From NCBI GenBank assembly GCA_000934665.2, contig KZ537997.1, forward strand, positions 124,001-163,116: DNA of 39,116 bases. Direction: 5' to 3'. The notes beneath the pieces were generated by a model. That model was not told the origin of the DNA and did not search any database. It saw only the letters and a list, made by a program, of their open reading frames with translations. Below, in pieces: positions 36,389 to 39,116 of the stretch; position 1 is the first letter of the stretch, and each line of letters begins with the position of its first letter. Source of the stretch: Catajapyx aquilonaris (lineage: Eukaryota). The translations under genes and the position numbers were made by a program.

Positions 36389-37701
36389 ATGGAGAAGCTT
36401 CCTCAACCAAAGACCTGCTGCAAATGTAATCTGCGCACGGGAGTCATCCTTATTTGCATGACGCAAATCGTGAGCACATTTTCCATTCCTAAAACCTACG
36501 CAGAGCTTAGAATTAGGTCAGCAATTGATCCGGGGTGTTGCGCGAATTTTGTGCCATCGCCAGAGATTTGGCAACAGTGAGGGGGCGTCATACCGATAAC
36601 TTGGACTCGCTGACTATATTAGGGCTGTAGACACGTCCATGAATAACAATGGAGGAATTTCAGTCATAATGGCTTGGATATTAAATTGGTCGTTTGTGAG
36701 ATGGATATGCCTACAATCAAATTTAATATTGAATAAATTACTGAATGTGACCCTATTGTTGTAATGAGCTATTTGTTTTGTTGGCAGGCTCTGTCGTCCT
36801 ATTTGATCCTGGAATACAGTGTGCTTCTTAGCCGGCTTTCCAAAGAAAAAGATGTGGTTCAGACAATTGAGGTCAAGAAATTAGTACCGGCGGTACCATC
36901 TGAAGATGAGCGATTAGAAGATGGGTCACCGGAAAACCAGACGGAAACCGTGTCTGTGATCACAATACCCGTCAAAAAAAGTCGTGCTAGTAAGTCATAG
37001 TAATTGTTACGTCCAAATCACATACTTGTACTTATATACTTTTGTATGTAGCTGAGTATACTGCGTTGGTGTTCGGCCTATTGTCAGCCCTGATTCTAGG
37101 AGTCGGTTTTAACACACTATATCTCTTTGGAGTCGAAAAGGTAATATACGACAACCTTTTAGTAGTTACGGCTTTTTTCCTAAGAAATGCACAACTAATT
37201 CCTATTATGTGATAGGAAAATGCTGGTTACATGAAGCCATCTCTGGTGGCAAATGCTCTAAGCTTGGTGATCTACACCCTCTGGAATCTGATCTTCACCT
37301 TCGCTGGGCACCTCGGTGTCATCGGTGTCTTCGCCTGGCTGATCGGAGAGGGTTTGGGCATCTACTTCTTCCTGGTTCTACATTCCTACTACCAGCAGCT
37401 TACCCAGGGTCTCTTACAACCCGAGAGCATGATCATGCCCCAAGGTGCACCGCAGCAGGTGATGATGGCCCCGGGGCAGAAAGTCGCCGAGAGCAGCTTC
37501 ATATCTCAACAACCACAACAACCACAGTACCAGGCAGTGATGGCTCCTGATGGCCAACAGATGGTGATGGCACAGCAACCAGTGCCGTCCATGTATGATC
37601 CAGCCATGCAGCAGCAACTGCCTCAAACCATGGCTGTTGCCCCTGCCCCTCTCCCGGGGCAGCCCGGGGCCACCGGATCCCTTAACCCATTCCTCAACTA
37701 A
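36389..37701 (+). CDS. LAPTM/DUF4728-like four-transmembrane protein, paralogue F (about 285 aa)
   Basis: Exons 36389-36469, 36788-36989, 37052-37140, 37216-37701. Motifs MEKLPQPKTCCKCNLRTGVILI, LYLFGVEK|ENAGYM and YFFLVLHSYYQQL; Gln/Pro/Met-rich tail ending LNPFLN. Confidence 0.88.
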
Positions 37702-38902
37702 ATCGTGCTTATTATGTCAGATTATCAAGTAGATTAGTCTGTATTTAGATCACCAGCAATAATCTGCGGTATGTAGCAGTTTTAGTGGTCTAAAATCGGT
37801 TGTTCCACAGAGCTTGTGCACGACAGAATTAATATTCGAATAGTCGCGATTTTGTGAAAAATTATGATCATGAATTTTTTTTTTAGAATGATGACATTTA
37901 CGATTAGGGTGGATTGGCATTGAGCCAGGTGTTGCTATAACCCCCTATAGGAGGGGTAAGCCACAAAGTTTAAAATTATTTCAAGTAGTGGACATACGCG
38001 GATGTGTCTTACTTGTGGGGCATATATAATATGACAATAACTAATAATTATCTCGTCGAATTTTAAAGACCACTGCCGTAGCGCTTTAATTCTGTGATAC
38101 AGTGTACTTTTGATGTGAGTGTTTAAATTTTAAAAGAGGCAAATATATATAATAAATTCAGAGGTGTGTGATACAGTTCTTTTCAAGAATAGAAAATATT
38201 TTTTCGAGTCTCCCATGACGTCATTGTTGAGTCAGAATTCTAGTAATTGTGTGTGAGTATTTTCTAGTCTTGAAAAGAACGATACGCTTAGTGGAAGACA
38301 ATAATTACAGACGAGTCCCGTCCATAAGATCTCAATTAGTGGATAGTAACCACATAATATTGTCCGAATTTTGGCGCAGACTCGTCAGGGTGATGCTGTT
38401 TAGGTTGTGTTGAAAATACATGAAAAGTTTAATGTCTTTTCTGCCACGTATTTCCTCAAGGGTCGTACTGGTGAGGCCTATCTATACTCTATTTTCTCTT
38501 TATATAAGTGACACCTTATACTGGTTTCGGTACTGTACCAGTTCAATAACAATATACAGTTCAAACAAGCAATATTGCTTCGGATTGCCTTTCGTCTGGG
38601 CTCTTATTGGTCAGCACTCTAGTGTCGTCCTTATGACGTAGCACACTTCCCTAGCAACAAATCATTACAAAAAAAGAGATCAAGGTGGATGCTATCTGTC
38701 GAGTATTTATAGGATTCAGTCCTAGACAGATGAAAAGTTTTTTTTGTAGATGACTGTCAAGCTCATTCTCTTTTTCCTATACCTTTCACCTTTCCTTGTG
38801 AATCAAGATTGCCAAGATAAATTCCTCTTTGAATTTCTGCAATTCGTCGTGGGCTTGTTACAACGTGAGTATCCAGAAAACCAAATTTGGCCATTTCGAT
38901 TA

Positions 38903-39088
38903 CACTCTTAACCATTTACCTTCTCTAGAGAGGGTAAGAAAGTGGCCATTTTTTTACCTTACATTGTAGGGTAAATATTCTTGGGTAAATTGATTCAAAG
39001 GTAAATTTTGCATGTATTACCTTAGAAAATAGAGGGTAAAAATGGCCTCTTTTTTACCCTCTCTAGAGAAGGTAAATGGTTAAGAGTG
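38903..39088 (-). mobile_element. 186-bp MITE with long TIRs and TA flanks (copy 2, inverted relative to 29573-29758)
   Basis: Same TIR and TA flanks. By eye, its reverse complement differs from copy 1 by about 4 substitutions and 2 single-base indels. Confidence 0.92.
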
Positions 39089-39116
39089 TATATTAGGGAA
39101 GCAAACCATGATAAAT

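Noticed and set aside
1..39116. CRISPR arrays, tRNA/rRNA genes or prokaryotic operons
   Set aside because: None seen. The DNA is spliceosomal-intron-containing eukaryotic sequence, and the repeats are inverted or microsatellite type rather than repeat-spacer arrays.

Overview
Eukaryotic (probably arthropod) genomic DNA with short GT-AG introns. Positions 1-10 kb are mostly non-coding and include a decayed mariner transposase interrupted by a palindromic MITE. Next is a head-to-head pair: an intronless PTB/PID-domain gene (minus strand, CG12581-like) and a 5-exon GGNBP2 orthologue (plus strand). From 21 to 37.7 kb lies a tandem array of six plus-strand paralogues (A-F) encoding LAPTM/DUF4728-like four-transmembrane proteins, which the ORF track shows only as fragments. 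All six share one 4-exon structure, but exon 2 (the first luminal loop) and the cytoplasmic tail motifs are strongly diverged. Four copies carry a full bipartite promoter element (GGCGYY-N5-GRCGSC...GATCGAA) resembling a Smad/BMP element and a fifth carries part of it. Three copies have a uORF ending at the start codon. Several MITEs are present, including two near-identical inverted copies bracketing paralogues D-F. Gene models were built by hand from splice signals and paralogue or orthologue similarity; family names are from recall, not database searches.
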